From Selaginella moellendorffii (Eukaryota > Plantae > Lycopodiophyta), in the NCBI RefSeq assembly GCF_000143415.4, contig NW_003314269.1, positions 148,401 through 212,400 on the forward strand: DNA of 64,000 nucleotides, written 5' to 3'. Shown in pieces: positions 24,054 to 37,083 of the stretch (its first letter is position 1; the number at the start of each line of letters is the position of its first letter). A model generated the notes under the pieces. The model saw only the letters and a program-made list of their open reading frames with translations, had not been told where the DNA came from and made no database searches. Position numbers and translations under genes: made by a program.

Positions 24054-26349
24054 ATGTGGCGGCGAGTAGGAGCGAGGTACCTAATGCGCCATCGCGACGA
24101 GGGCAAAATCGTGAGTTTTCTTTGATTTTCCATTCCTGCAAGCTCAGATCCACGGGATTCTCTCAGCCAGAAGGTATTATGAAGCAATCGATCCCTCGGG
24201 CCGAGAATCCAAGCGCCTCCAAGAATGTGTCGCTGATCGAAGACACCGAGCTGTCGAAGAGGTAGGTTTTCCTTTTGTAACGACAATCTCTTATAGCTAA
24301 AACCATTGTTTTGATCGGAGAATCCTCAAGCGCGTGCAAAAGCTTATGCACGATGCGATCCATTTGCAAAATCCCGACATGCCGGATAAGAACCTCGTCC
24401 AGCTCCGAGAGGTAGTACGCTGTACTTGTGATTGATCTGGGTCTAAGTTTGCCAGCACTCAGCATTTCTAGGAGTATGAACGCTTGGATTGGGATAATCG
24501 GCAAAGGGCCCTCAAGATACTCTCCACGGAATTCGGAGTTGACAAGAAACGAGTGAAGGATCTCATCCAGCATTATCTTAGCTTGCACGATGGTACGAAA
24601 GGCTAGTTTTGGTGTCGTTTGAGTAATGTTCTCCTCTATCTTTCAGATGAGAAAAGCAAAGCTGGTGACGGAGAAAATCCTCTCGAAGCAGCCCAGTTTC
24701 GAACACAGCGGGATCTGAGAGCTTCCTTGATGCCACTATCGGTGAGATTGTTTGAGCAGATGAATGGCCAAGCCGGTGGCTTGAAGTTTTTGGTGGACCT
24801 ACGTGCTGATCTGCTTTCTGCTCTACGGTATCTTTTGTTTTCTCACTTGGCCACTTGAACCAGTGGTGTTTGCAGTGATGACAACCTTCCAGCGCTGAGA
24901 GCTCTCGATCTCGAGTTGCGAGCGCTATTTTCAACGTGGTTAAGTCCTGCGTGTCTGGAACTTCACCAGGTTACTTGGAATGACGCAGCTTCATTGCTTG
25001 AAAAGATTGTCCGATATGAGGTAGTTTTCTGGTGGTTGAGAAGACATTGATTGTCGAGTCTTGTTTTTATGCAGGCTGTGCATCCTATCAGTAATTTGTA
25101 CGATCTTAAGCGACGATTAGGCATTGGTCGTCGGTGTTTTGGTTATTTCCATCCTGCTATGCCAGGTAAATGTCTATACAGGGGAGCTAAGTAGTGCAAC
25201 TTGTTTTTCTTAGGGGAACCGCTTGTGTTCATAGAAGTCGCCCTCACGGACACCATTAGTAATTCCATTCAGGTATGGTTTTGTTGTCTTGCTTTTTGCG
25301 GAAGCTTATAACGTTTCTTCATGTTCTGAAAGGGAGTATTGTTTGACAAGCCACCTATTTCCGAAGAAGATGCGACACATGCGATCTTTTATGCTATTTC
25401 CTCGACTCAGGTTCTACATTTTTTGCTCTGTGTATAGTTTCCTTTTGCTTATAAATAATGCTAAATACACAGGCAGGCTTGTCAGGTATAGATTTGGGAA
25501 ACTTCCTTATCAAACGGGTGCTCCGCTTACTGCAGCAAGATATGCCTCAAATTAAGGTATATAGTAAACCCTGTATGCTATTGTGCTCACAACTTTTGTT
25601 TCAGACTTTCTCAACTTTAAGCCCAATACCGTTCTTTCTGAAATGGCTGCTTCCTAAACTCGCGTCGTTCTGTTTCGAAGGAAATGAGCAGAGGGCCTTC
25701 AAAGAGAAGTTGCTTTTGGCTCACGAAGAAAAAGCTTTGAAAGACGCCTGCGGGTAACATAAGTTCAAAGGTGTTTTTTACTGTAATAGCAATTACAACA
25801 GTCCTGACAGAGACGATGATACGAGCGGCGAGTCAATAATGTATAGAATTTTGGGAGCATCGGATCCTCAGTGGGGCGAGTCCGAACAACTATCAGCAGT
25901 TCTTAAGGTGCCTCTCATGAGATTATGTGCAAGGTATGAGACTAGTTTTTCCTGATGGTTTTGACCAACTCCTTTGGGCAGATATCTTCTACTTGAAAAG
26001 AAACGTGGAAAGGCATTGGATCCGGTAGCAAACTTCCATCTACGCAATGGGGCTGTAAGTGAAGTCCACGGTTTTTCATTCTGAAGCTTCGCGTGAATTC
26101 TACAGAGTATGGAACGTTTGAACTGGATGGGCAATAAATCCAAGAAAGGGCTCAAAGAGAGTGCAGGGATGATGGTTAACTATCTTTACAGGTGTGTAAC
26201 ATGAGCAAGCAAGTCAACACTTATTCTTGTTTCCTTCCAGGGTAGAAAGCATCGAAGAAAACAATCAAGCATACATTACCAGAGGTATCATTAGAGCGTC
26301 TCCAAAAGTGGAAGAGCTTGTAGCTGGAGGGCAGCAGTCTGCACTGTGA
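24054..26349 (+). CDS. MCD: Malonyl-CoA decarboxylase, multi-exon
   Basis: GGLKFLVDLRADLL, YEAVHPI, RRCFGYFHP, EPLVFIEVAL, GLSGIDLGNFLIKRV, TLSPIP, DPVANFHLRNGA, GMMVNYLY; ends ...QQSAL*. Confidence 0.92.
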
Positions 26350-26631
26350 GTGTGACATAGGCACAATTTCACAGTTAATTCTCTCAATGTCCGCTATGGC
26401 GTGGAATGTATGGAGTCTGAAGGATTTTTACATACAGGTCAAGAACAATGACTTTGCGGTTTTGACCGCAAGAACAAATCAAAGGAAACAATTTCCACGT
26501 GGATGTATATGTCGGCTACCCGTACTAGGTGAGGCCATTCGCCTTTGGCTGCTGGTGTAGCGATAAGAGTCTCCTTTAGCTGCAATGCGTCTGGTTTAAT
26601 AGGACTAGAAGTGCGTCCTCCCTAGATTGTA

Positions 26632-29600
26632 ATGGCGTCTTTGGCACTGACGGGTTCGATTTCTGCTAGTTATCTGCCGAGTAGCAAGGAGACCCTTTGC
26701 GGGGATCACTCTGAGTTTGCTTTCTCTGCAAAGACTTGGTCCAGATCTAATCGTCCTTCTCTGAGGCTAACGAGAGGGGTAGTGCCTGTCAAGAACACTC
26801 TGAAGAGTGCAGATGTTGCTGAGCAAGCTGTTGCAGACCGAGTCTCCCGCAGCAAGCCGGTGACTCTCAGAGCAATTGTTACCATCAAGAAGCGGCCTGG
26901 CAACAAAGTTACGGACATCTTTCGCAAGGGATTGGACTTCTTTGTCCAAGACCCCCTCGGCGAGGATATTGTTCTGCAGCTCGTTAGTACTGAAGTGGAT
27001 CCGAGTAAGTTTTTGACTTTTAGCTCAGGCTATAATGTAGTGCGGTTCTTGACAGGTAGCGGCCTTGGAAGAAGAAGCAAGAACACGACACTTCGGAAGG
27101 TTTCTACAGGAGAACACACGGTTGAATATGCCGGTGAATTCATAATTGAGGACCAGTTTGGGAAACCAGGGGCCATTCTCGTTGCAAACAGACATAAGGC
27201 AGAGTTTTTCCTCGAGACGATCTCTCTCCAGGGCCTGAAGACTGGATTGATTTCATTTTCATGCTACTCCTGGGTTCATTCTCAGGAAAACGAGGTGTCT
27301 CAACGAGTGTTCTTCTCCAACGAGGTACTGCCTGGAAATTACTTTTTCTAAAATGCTAATGCGGCTTTCGCGATAGGCTTATCTTCCTTCTTCTACTCCT
27401 CGGGGACTCAAAGATATTCGTGCCTCTGAACTCAAAACATTACAAGGAGATGGAACGGACATGCGTAAACCGTGGGAAAGGATCTACGACTACGACGTAT
27501 ATAACGACCTTGGAAATCCGGATAAAGATAAGAAGCTGGCTAGACCTGTTGCAGGTGGCGCGGTGCCATATCCAAGAAGATGCCGAACAGGTCGCCCTCC
27601 AACCAAGTCAGGTAATCCTTTCTCCAAGCTTCTAAGTTCGTCGACTAATCTTGTCGGGCACGTATCAGATCCTCGTGCAGAGTTCAGGCTAGCCGTGACA
27701 AGCAAGAATTATGTCCCTCGCGACGAGGACTTTGAGCAGGTGAAAACTGAAGCATTTTCTTCTGGACGTCTTAGAGCCATTGTTCACCGTCTCGTTCCGA
27801 CCATAATCACGCACTTCACTGCCACTCCAGATGAGTTTGACACCCTGACTGATATCGATCGCCTCTTTTACGAAGGCATTCGGCTTCAAACTGAACTGGC
27901 GGAAAATGATCGTACTTTCTGGGATATAGTCCCGGAGCAAATCAGGCAGCTCATCGATGCTGATAAAATTTCAAATGCTATCAAGTATCCGCTACCTCCT
28001 TTGCTCGCAAGTAAGTGGTTTTATTTTCGATTTTCTGAATGTATGCTAAGCCTGACCATGCAGAGGATAAATACGCTTGGACCCGTGACTCTGAGTTCGG
28101 CCGGCAAATGCTTGCTGGTTTGAATCCGCTAATGATTGAGCGGCTCAAGGTAGTCTCATTTGAAATACAAGGATATCCATCAGCACTGACGTTTGTGCAG
28201 GCCTTTCCTCCGACCAGTTCGATGGATACTGGGATCTGTGGAACGCTAGGATCAGCATTCGAAGCAGCAGAGCTCGAGAAGCACCTTGAAGGATTGACGG
28301 TGGAAGAGGTTTGGCACATAATATACACTAAGCCAAGGAGTGATGCATTCCACGTTTTACAGGCGATAAAAGCGGAGAAGCTGTTTATTATCGACTATCA
28401 CGACGTTTTCATGCCACTCATCAACAGAATCAACTCTTTGAAAGGACGGAAGAACTATGCAACACGCACAATTCTCTACTTGGATTCAGCCAACTTGCTA
28501 ATGCCGGTGGGAATTGAACTATGCCTGCCAGTCTCGAAAGACAAACCAAATGGTTCCAAGAGAGCGTTCTATCCAACCAAAGATGCGACTGGGTTTTGGA
28601 TCTGGCAGCTTTGCAAGACACACGTTCGATCCAATCACTCGGCATACCATCAAGTTGTATCTCACTGGTAAGTCAGAGTTCTCTTTATCTAGCAAAATCA
28701 CTTCATGTTCTTTCAGGCTCCAAACTCATGCATGCATCGAGCCTTACGTGATCGCGACGAATCGCCAGCTGAGCGCGATGCACCCCGTCGCCAAGCTCCT
28801 CGATCCACACCTGCGATACACAATGCAAATCAACGCCACGGCCCGGCAGACGCTCATCAGCGCCGGGGGCGTGATCGAACAGTGCTTCACGCCAGGACAA
28901 TTCATCCTCGAGCTGAGCTCCGCCGGCTACGAACAGTGGCGATTCGACAAGCAAGGCCTCCCAGCCGACCTTCTACAGAGGCAAGTTTCGCGTTAAACTC
29001 CCCCCTTAAGTTCTTTCCTTTCTAGTTCTAGAGTTCTAAAGTTTTTTTTCTGTCTTCCAAAGTTTGTCTAGAGATTTATTTCGTTCTTCCAGAGTTCTAA
29101 AACTTTTACTTGTGATTTTGTCCAGAGGCATGGCTGTCGAAGATAAAAACTCTCCAGATGGATTGAGGCTCGTCCTAGAAGACTACCCATACGCCGCCGA
29201 CGGGCTCCTCGTATGGTCGGCTCTCAAGTCCTGGGTGACGAGCTACTTATCCGTCTACTATGACTCCCCGGACTCCATCACCAGCGACACGGAGCTCCAG
29301 GCATGGTGGAACGAGATCAAAACCAAAGGCCACCCCGACAAGGCCGAAGGCTGGCCGAGCCTCAACAACAAGCAGGACCTCGTCGAGATTCTCACGTCGA
29401 TAATGTGGGTGGCGTCCGGGCACCACGCTGCCGTCAACTTTGGCCAGTTCCTCTACTCGGGCTACGTCCTCAATCTCCCCAGCCTGACCAGGAAGCTCAT
29501 ACCCGAGAAGGACGACCCCGAGTACAAGGAGCTCCTCCAAAACCCGCAAGGCTTCCTGCTCGCGACGCTCCCAAACCAGACCCAGGCCACCACGGTCATG

Positions 29601-29873
29601 GCGGTGCTGGAGCTCCTCTCCACGCACCACCCTGACGAGGAGTATCTCGGCCAGCGCGTCCAAAAGTACTGGACCGGCGACGAGAAGGTCCTCGAGGCGT
29701 CGAACGAGTTCGAGGAGAGGGTAGCCGAGGTCCAGGAGATCATCGAAAAGAGGAACAACGACCCCAAGCTGATGCACAGGCATGGAGCTGGAGTTCCAGC
29801 GTACGAGCTCCTGTTACCGACCTCTGGGCCCGGAATCACTGCTCGCGGGATTCCGAACAGCGTCTCTATCTAA
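26632..29873 (+). CDS. LOX: Lipoxygenase, plastidial 13-LOX type
   Basis: Transit peptide, PLAT domain, [30 protein letters not shown] and C-terminal IPNSVSI. IEQCF motif is typical of 13-LOX. Confidence 0.96.
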
Positions 29874-30027
29874 GCTCGTAAGCTATGGCTTTAGAAACTC
29901 TAGAGAACTTGTAAAAGTACCTGGTTTGCGTCAAATGTATAAAATGGTTTGATTGCGAATTTTTCTCTTTGGTATGGTACAGTCTCCCGAGCTTGAAGAC
30001 AATGAATGAAGAGAATTTTAGTTTTGC

Positions 30028-31853
30028 TTACATCCTGCGTAGGCCGAGACCAAGTTTTCGAACGGGTTCGCTAGTGGATAGGTCTTCTTCTTTAGATTGC
30101 AGCTAAACAGCGCCTGGCCCATCGACAGCACTAGAGGATTCACAGCTCGGAGGGGAATCTGGTAGCTCGCGGGGTAAAATTGGTCCTCCTCCTCCTGGAC
30201 AAAGAGATAGACGTCACTTATCTAGAAAGAAAACAATGGAAAAATACTACCACTTGATCAAGGTAAACCTCTTCTAACTGCGCTAGTTCTTCCAGCTCTA
30301 AGTCATTGAGGTCCTGGAAAGAACGAGACAAGTCAAGTGAGGAAATGTAGTAGGCAAGTACCTGTTTGCCTTTCATTTTCGCGATTTGACGCTTCACGGC
30401 TCGCGCAGATCCCAAACCTACGGCTCTCCTCTCTCTTGCGGTCCTGCGCCGGACATTCATGCAGACAGCACACTCACACGTTGATTTATGATTACTAGTC
30501 CTGTGCAAAGCGTGAATTACTGGTTCATCTCTAGTGAAAAGAAAGAGCAATTTACCCGGCAGCAGGTTTCTGTGGAATGTGTGCCGATGTTGTCTTAGCA
30601 ACAAAAATTTCGGATGGTTTTTCTGCCGCATTGTCCGCTGTAAATACGCATTGAGTTAGACGTTCCTACTATTTCGCAAATGTTTGCTTACCTGTCTTTG
30701 ACTTCTTTGGATCCCGAAGAACACCGTTGGCTGTCCAATACTTGCTGCATGCCTTCTGGACTTTCTTCATCAAGTCCAAGATAGGATCTCCTTTGTGGTT
30801 ATACTTTCGGCAGTTCGTCCAGATTTGTTGAATGTCTCGGTAAACATCCGACGCGTTTCTATACTTCTGACGTTTCTCTAGATTTTCGCATATGGTACCG
30901 AAGTCCATCGGGGTGTCAATTATGTCAAGGTAATCCTATAAAAAGAATTTGAAATAGTAACATCAAGATGAAAACGAGATGATAGTAAGCTTAACTTACC
31001 GGGACACCTTGGCCTACGGGGTCAACAGGTCTGTTAAAAGGATGTGCCGAGTCCATTTTCATGAGTTTCCTGATGATCTGCTAGCCAGCCTTGTTATGCA
31101 TCATGTCCCAAGAAAAGTAAATGAAGCACATACCTTTAGAGAAGTTTCTACCTCGTCGTCACGTAGCTCGCTTGGCGGAGATTGTGGAGTAGGAGTTGAG
31201 TCAATTGGAGGAGATTGTACCGGCGAACTCAAAGACGGCGTACTGCTGGGGGTCTTTACCACAGCTGCCTTTTGAGTCGGAGCCTGCGGAGGTTCTATCG
31301 CAGAACCTGCAGGCTTTCTCTTCGCATCCGAGAACGTAAGATGTACTTTCAGTGGCCTTTGGGGAATCTCCGGAGTTTTCTTCGGCTCGTCAACTTTTTT
31401 CTGCACGCTGCTTGCCTCCTTCTCCTTCGTGACTTCCTTGCTTTCTTTCTTCTCCACCTTCAACCTTCCGGGCTTAGCTTCCGCCTTTGCCTCGGCATTT
31501 TCTCGAACTTTAAAAGTCTTGATCCTGACTCGAGAGCTCTCACGCCTCTTCCCGACCTGTGAATCCGTATCCTTCCCACTCGTAGCATCGGCATGCTCGG
31601 CAGACTCCACTTTGGTGTCCTCTGTGCTCCCAGAAACCTCACTAGCTCCATCGTACCGTGACAGCGTCCTCAGCTTCACCACCCTACCTCCGCTCCGGGG
31701 AGCCCGCTTCCTCTTGTTCTCGCCGCTCACCACTGGCACCGATCTCTCCTCGTCGTCCTCTTCCACGTCGGTCTCATCGTTGGCCGCAGTCCGCCACGAT
31801 CCCTCCCGCTTCTTCTGCTGCTTGCCCCGGCTCCGCGTGCGCACGCTGTCCAT
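30028..31853 (-). CDS. Bromodomain-containing protein
   Basis: MKMDSAHPFNRPVDP..DYLDIIDTPMDFGTICENLE...IWTNCRKYN; the 3' end is approximate. Confidence 0.85.
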
Positions 31854-32534
31854 GAGAAAACGAAGACGAGCCTGCGCACCGCGAAATATCACGAATCAGG
31901 ATAGCTCCCGCGCCGGAAACGCTCGCGCCTGCAAAATCCAGCTCGCTGCAAGCAATGCCGCGATCCGATAGCGGCCGTCGGCGCCACAGCGCCATGGCCG
32001 CCCTCTAAAACCCTAGCTACGTAGCGCTGGCTCTCTCCCAGCCCTAGCGCTGGGGGAATTTAAATCATAAAAGGGGGGGTAGTGGCAACTCACCGATAGA
32101 TCGCCCAAGTTCGTTAGCGTGGGGCGTTCTGCTGGGTATCCGAAATTAGGGCCAAAAAAGAAGACGGCAAATTCCGAGACGGAATGTCCAGTAAACTCAA
32201 TCGACTCGAGTTCGACTCGCTTTAACTTTAAGCTTTTAACCGTACAAGAGAGCTGTACGTAAAGCAGATTCTTAACGACCGTACAAATAGCTGTACATAT
32301 AGCATAATCTTGACGACCGTACAAATATCGTATTCGTATTTCAAAAGGTTGGGATATTGATTTATGGTACAAGCACTTGGTCTTTGTCTTTGCTTTAGAT
32401 TGTTGGTAGCATAGCAAATCGTGATGGCGAGCTGTGGCCTTTGGCATTGTACTGGAGGGATTCCTGGGGTTTGTCCTTTGGCCTTTCAAGGCTGTAAAGC
32501 GAGAAACGAGGGAAAAAAGAATGGTGGAGAGCAT

Positions 32535-35096
32535 CTAGCTTGTGGCAGCGGGGGCACACTCCTTTAGAATGCTTTTGGAGGAATGCAGTCGCGTATACGA
32601 GGCCGCCAGTCGGGCCTGAAAGAAGCAAAACGACGAGGAGAAAAAAATAAGTATCAATGGTGAATCTGTTGCGTGCGAGAGAATAGTACCGATTGGAAAA
32701 GCACGAGCGTCCACCAGCAGCTGTTGAGTCCCAATCCAAGCTTGTGGAAGATCTGGTTTTTAAGTGGCCGCGAGATTGTGGGGCTTAGAAAATAGTACGG
32801 ATTGAAAGAGCATGCTTACCTTCATGAGCAGGCTTCCACAGACAAAGCAAGATGTCATGCTCAGGCCCAGGAATCCTAAATCTCGTCCGGCCTACATACA
32901 AGCCGACGCAATTCGTCAGTTACCAGGAACGTGGTAAACGAGCCAAGGTTTGTTTGTTTGACTATCTTACCAAAAGTGTCCCTTCCAGCGACAGTGCAGG
33001 TGGTGTTAAAACAATGCTCCAGAAAAATGGGAACGCTACCGAATGCATCTGCGAACAGACGAGACAGGGTGGTGTCAGCACGGACACGTGATCAACGCTG
33101 CATTGTGTCATCTCAACCTGTGCTACGATTGCTGAATCGTTCGTAAAAAGCTGCGGCACAAGAAAAGGAACCGCGACGCCAATGCTCGCTAAAGAGAATC
33201 CTAAAATCGCACCCGTATAGAGAAGTGTTTTGAGCAACGTTCGTGCCTGTAAAAAGATGATCGAGCCAGGTTTACTTTTATCGTTTTGCTTGGCTCACCT
33301 GCTCGAAGTTGCGGGTTTTTCCGCTAATAAGCTCTGGCATAAAGGACTGAGCTGTTTGGGCCAAAGGCTCTCCACATACTGAAAACAATGTGAAGATCCC
33401 AATCATCACCTGGCAAATCAAGACATTTTTAAGTTAAAGAACTGGTTTTTACTGTTGAACCTGATGGGCTCCTAAAGTGAGTGGCCCAAGCGAAGTCGCG
33501 AAATATGTAATTGTTGTGTAAAAACATATCTGTAAACAAGATAAATTGAGCTTCCAAGGATAGAAGACGATATACGATGATGTACCTTTGACAACATGGT
33601 CATAAGAACTGGTGCAGCTATTTCGATCATCTGCAGGATGTCTTTGAAGCTGGGTACAACGATCGCCAGAGGATTGTATCCTTTCGCTTTTAAAGAAGTT
33701 AACATCAAAATTCCCGCAACATACTGCATGCTTGAAGCTTGAGTTAACGATCAAGTAGACTCATATTCATACCTGTGATAGTGCCGTTGCCCAGGCAGCA
33801 CCAGCAATTCCATATCCTAGAAATGTACAAAGTAGAATATCTCCAAAAGCATTTACAAGACTCGCGACGAGCAAAACTTTCAAGGGACTCCATGAATCCT
33901 GCATTCCCAAGCTGTGGTATAAAAGAAAGTGAGATAACAGTAACAGCATACAAAGGAAGCCAAAAGACAGACCTTGCACTTTGAGCAACCATGGTGACAA
34001 GAACCGCTGGCCATGCCCACGCTCTAATCTGAAATTGTCCCAAAGAGACATATATCAAAACCACTACACCACGAAAAACTTAAATTTATTCAGCTTACAT
34101 TCACGTACGTTGCCGCGGCTGGGACGATCCCAGAGTTTTTGGCTCCAACAAAAGCTAAAAGGAAAAAAATCTTGAATCAATCACAGCCAATACATTGCCA
34201 GACCTCACCTTGGAGCATGGAACTAGAAGAGAATCTAATAGCCGCGAGCATAGCCATGCCACAGCCGAAAGCTACAAACAAGAGCCTAGCCAAATGGTTT
34301 GCTGCTTCTTTCTCGTCCTACACGAAATTCCAAACCACAGATCAGAACGCGTAGTAACACCAATCGCTCTTACCTTGTTTGCAAGCGAGGTTGCAATCAA
34401 GTTGGATGTAGCAACGGACAAGAACATGAAAACATACGAGAGTCCATCGCACATCACAGTTCCAGGTCCTGGAAGGAAGTAAACCACAAAGAAACTTTAG
34501 TTCTAGAGGAATCCAAAATCAATCTTCTTACCAAGGGCGGCCAATTGCAAAGAGCTAGTGGTTCCCACAACACTCGTATCGATGAGACTCATAATCGGTC
34601 CGGACAACCAGATGCCGAGAGCCGGGCCGGCGAAAGCGAATATCTGACGTACTTGCTCAAACATGTTGGGCTCCTCGCTAATGCTAACATCCGCCGCATC
34701 GCCATCGACCAGAATCTCCTTTCCTTCCACTTCTTCAACAATGGTGGCTGCCAGTGACGTCTTGCTGATGTCGACATTGGTGAGCACTATCTCTTTTGGC
34801 GCCTCAAGCACGCCCTCTCCAGAGACGTAGAACTTCACGGCTTCTTTCGGCGTCCAGGGCACGGATTGCTGCTCGCGGTCCGCCGGGGGCGCCTCTGGCT
34901 GCTCGACGGTGCAATGCCGGACGATTCTCGAGCAGAGATGGCGCTGGAGAGGAGAAAGAACTCGCTGTTGCTGCTGCGACTGGCGGAGCTTGGCAAGATC
35001 GAAGCCGCATTGCACGCCGGACGAGTGGCGCCGCGAGCGATTCACGCAGACTGGGAATCTTTGCAAATGGATCGCCCCTGAGACAGCACAATCCAT
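32535..35096 (-). CDS. MATE transporter, EDS5/DTX46-47-like, plastid-type N-terminus
   Basis: [68 protein letters not shown]|AGRDL. Confidence 0.9.
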
Positions 35097-35671
35097 GGAA
35101 CTCGGATTGCCCTGCCGCAAAGAACCTACAACTCGATCGATCGAGCAGAGAACCTACGAAATATCGATCGCTCGATAGAGATTTCCCTCGCAGCGCCTCG
35201 AGCTTCCAGCGCCTAGTGGCGGCTCGGCCTCGTCGAGCGCCCCTTCTCGCACGAGATTCTCGAGAGTGAAACAAAGAAGAAAAAGAATGTGGGTCATGGA
35301 ATTTGATCTGACCATAGACCTAGATATTTATACTACTAAGTGGGCGGCCCATGGGCCCGTTACGCTAGGGTTCTTTCGCTGAGGGGATGAGCCGCTGAGC
35401 CGCTAGCCGCCAGATCACAGTAAGTCTCGTTGTTTCTGTGATCATTGTGGTTACAGTGAGGAATTTGATCTTAAACTCTTCCCCTTCTTGGATTGCTTGG
35501 AAATTTCTTGGATCTGGATTGGAGCTCCTCGCATATCCAGGGATTCTTCCCTGTCTTGATCACGTTTCTTGGCCTGGATGCGCTTTCACTGTCGACATTT
35601 CGATCTCATGGTCTCGGATTTCCTGGATTCCAGGGGCATCGTCTCGGATTTCTTGGTCGCCCGACGCTGCG

Positions 35672-37054
35672 ATGGAAGATCAGAGGTACCGCAAGCAAGT
35701 CGCCATGTCCCTCATCATGGGAGCGCTCATCTACTGCCGCAACGCGAGCAAGCGGCGATTCGACCGGCGCAAGTCGGCGATCGTGAGCATCGTGTCGGAG
35801 ATCCAGCAGGGGATCCTCGACGGCGCGCCGGCCAAATCCACCTGGGTGAGAGACATGCTCATGCACCACACCGACACCTGGGACACGACGATCTTCCCGC
35901 AGTACGACGATGGCCAGTTCTGGAAGGATTTCCGCTGCACCAAGGCGACCTTCGAGTGGCTGTGCTTCACGATCTTCCAGCCGTGTGGATTCGAGGGGAA
36001 TAGAACAGGTCCCAACTGGCGCGTCATCTCCCTCCGCCGCCGCGTCGCGATGCTCCTCTGGCGATTGCTCCACGGCGGCCGCGAGCACGCCATCGCCAAG
36101 ATCTTCTTCTGCGACCAGTCCACCGTGAACAAGATCGTCCACAAGGGGCTGGGGATCATCGCCAAGCACTGGACCGACGCTTACATCGGGTGGCCAACCG
36201 GGGACCGAGCTAGGGACATTGCCGCAAAGTTTGAGCTCGAGACTGGCTTCCCCAGCGTGATCGGAGCGGTGGATGGAAGCCACATTCCCATCACCACCCC
36301 GAGCATCGATCGCTCGAATTACTACAACGACAAGTCCTTCCACTCGATGATCCTCATGGGTGCAGTCGACCAAGACGGGTTTTTTCTCGAGATCGACGCT
36401 GGGCTTTGCGGGAGCTTGCACGATTCGCAAGCTCTGGCCAGCTCCAGGATCGCGAGGAGAGCCGGCGAGGGGCTCATCGACCAGCAGGGGTACCACCTGG
36501 TCGGGGACTCGGCTTTCAATCCTCCAAGGCCGTGGTTGATGTGTCCATACCGGGGTGGTGGCCAGCTTACGCCCCAGCAGGAGTCTTTCAACCAGGCGCT
36601 CGCCTCTGCGAGAGCTTCCATCGAGCGGGCCTTCTGCCAACTTAAGTCTAGGTTCCGGGTGCTGCTCAAGAAGATGGAGGGCGACTTGGACACCACCGTC
36701 CAGATGATCGGGGTGTGCTGCACGCTCCACAACATGCTGCTCTCGCAGAACGAGAGCGCCGACCCGGCCTGGATTGAAGAGTCCCGCCAAGCTCTCGAGT
36801 CGACCCGAGGTGTTTCTTCGTCCGGGAGAGAGCCCACGCTGGAGCAAGCCGCGGCGGAGGTGATGATCGCCACGGCGGGTCTGCAAGAGCTGGAGTCAGC
36901 CACCGCGACGTCCGATGCCGCGCGTCTGGCGAGAGTCATGGAGCCGCTGCCACTCCCGGCAGGATTCAACCACACCGCGGACATGCAGCGAGCTCGCGAG
37001 ATCCGCGACGGCCTCGCCGAGATGTTATACTCCAGGAAGCGGCAAAAGACTTGA
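35672..37054 (+). CDS. PIF/Harbinger transposase-type nuclease (HARBI1/ALP1-like), intronless
   Basis: GAVDGSHIPI, GSLHDS, LVGDSAF, WLMCPY, FNQALASARASIERAFCQLKSRF; DDE residues intact. Confidence 0.93.
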   Translation: MEDQRYRKQVAMSLIMGALIYCRNASKRRFDRRKSAIVSIVSEIQQGILDGAPAKSTWVRDMLMHHTDTWDTTIFPQYDDGQFWKDFRCTKATFEWLCFTIFQPCGFEGNRTGPNWRVISLRRRVAMLLWRLLHGGREHAIAKIFFCDQSTVNKIVHKGLGIIAKHWTDAYIGWPTGDRARDIAAKFELETGFPSVIGAVDGSHIPITTPSIDRSNYYNDKSFHSMILMGAVDQDGFFLEIDAGLCGSLHDSQALASSRIARRAGEGLIDQQGYHLVGDSAFNPPRPWLMCPYRGGGQLTPQQESFNQALASARASIERAFCQLKSRFRVLLKKMEGDLDTTVQMIGVCCTLHNMLLSQNESADPAWIEESRQALESTRGVSSSGREPTLEQAAAEVMIATAGLQELESATATSDAARLARVMEPLPLPAGFNHTADMQRAREIRDGLAEMLYSRKRQKT

Positions 37055-37083
37055 TTGAGGTTGGGGGAGAAGAGTTTACTCTG

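Noticed and set aside
35606-36886. 426-aa antisense ORF (also 61542-62624, 29247-29783, 37862-38566)
   Set aside because: Shadow frames of GC-rich real genes with no recognisable motifs.
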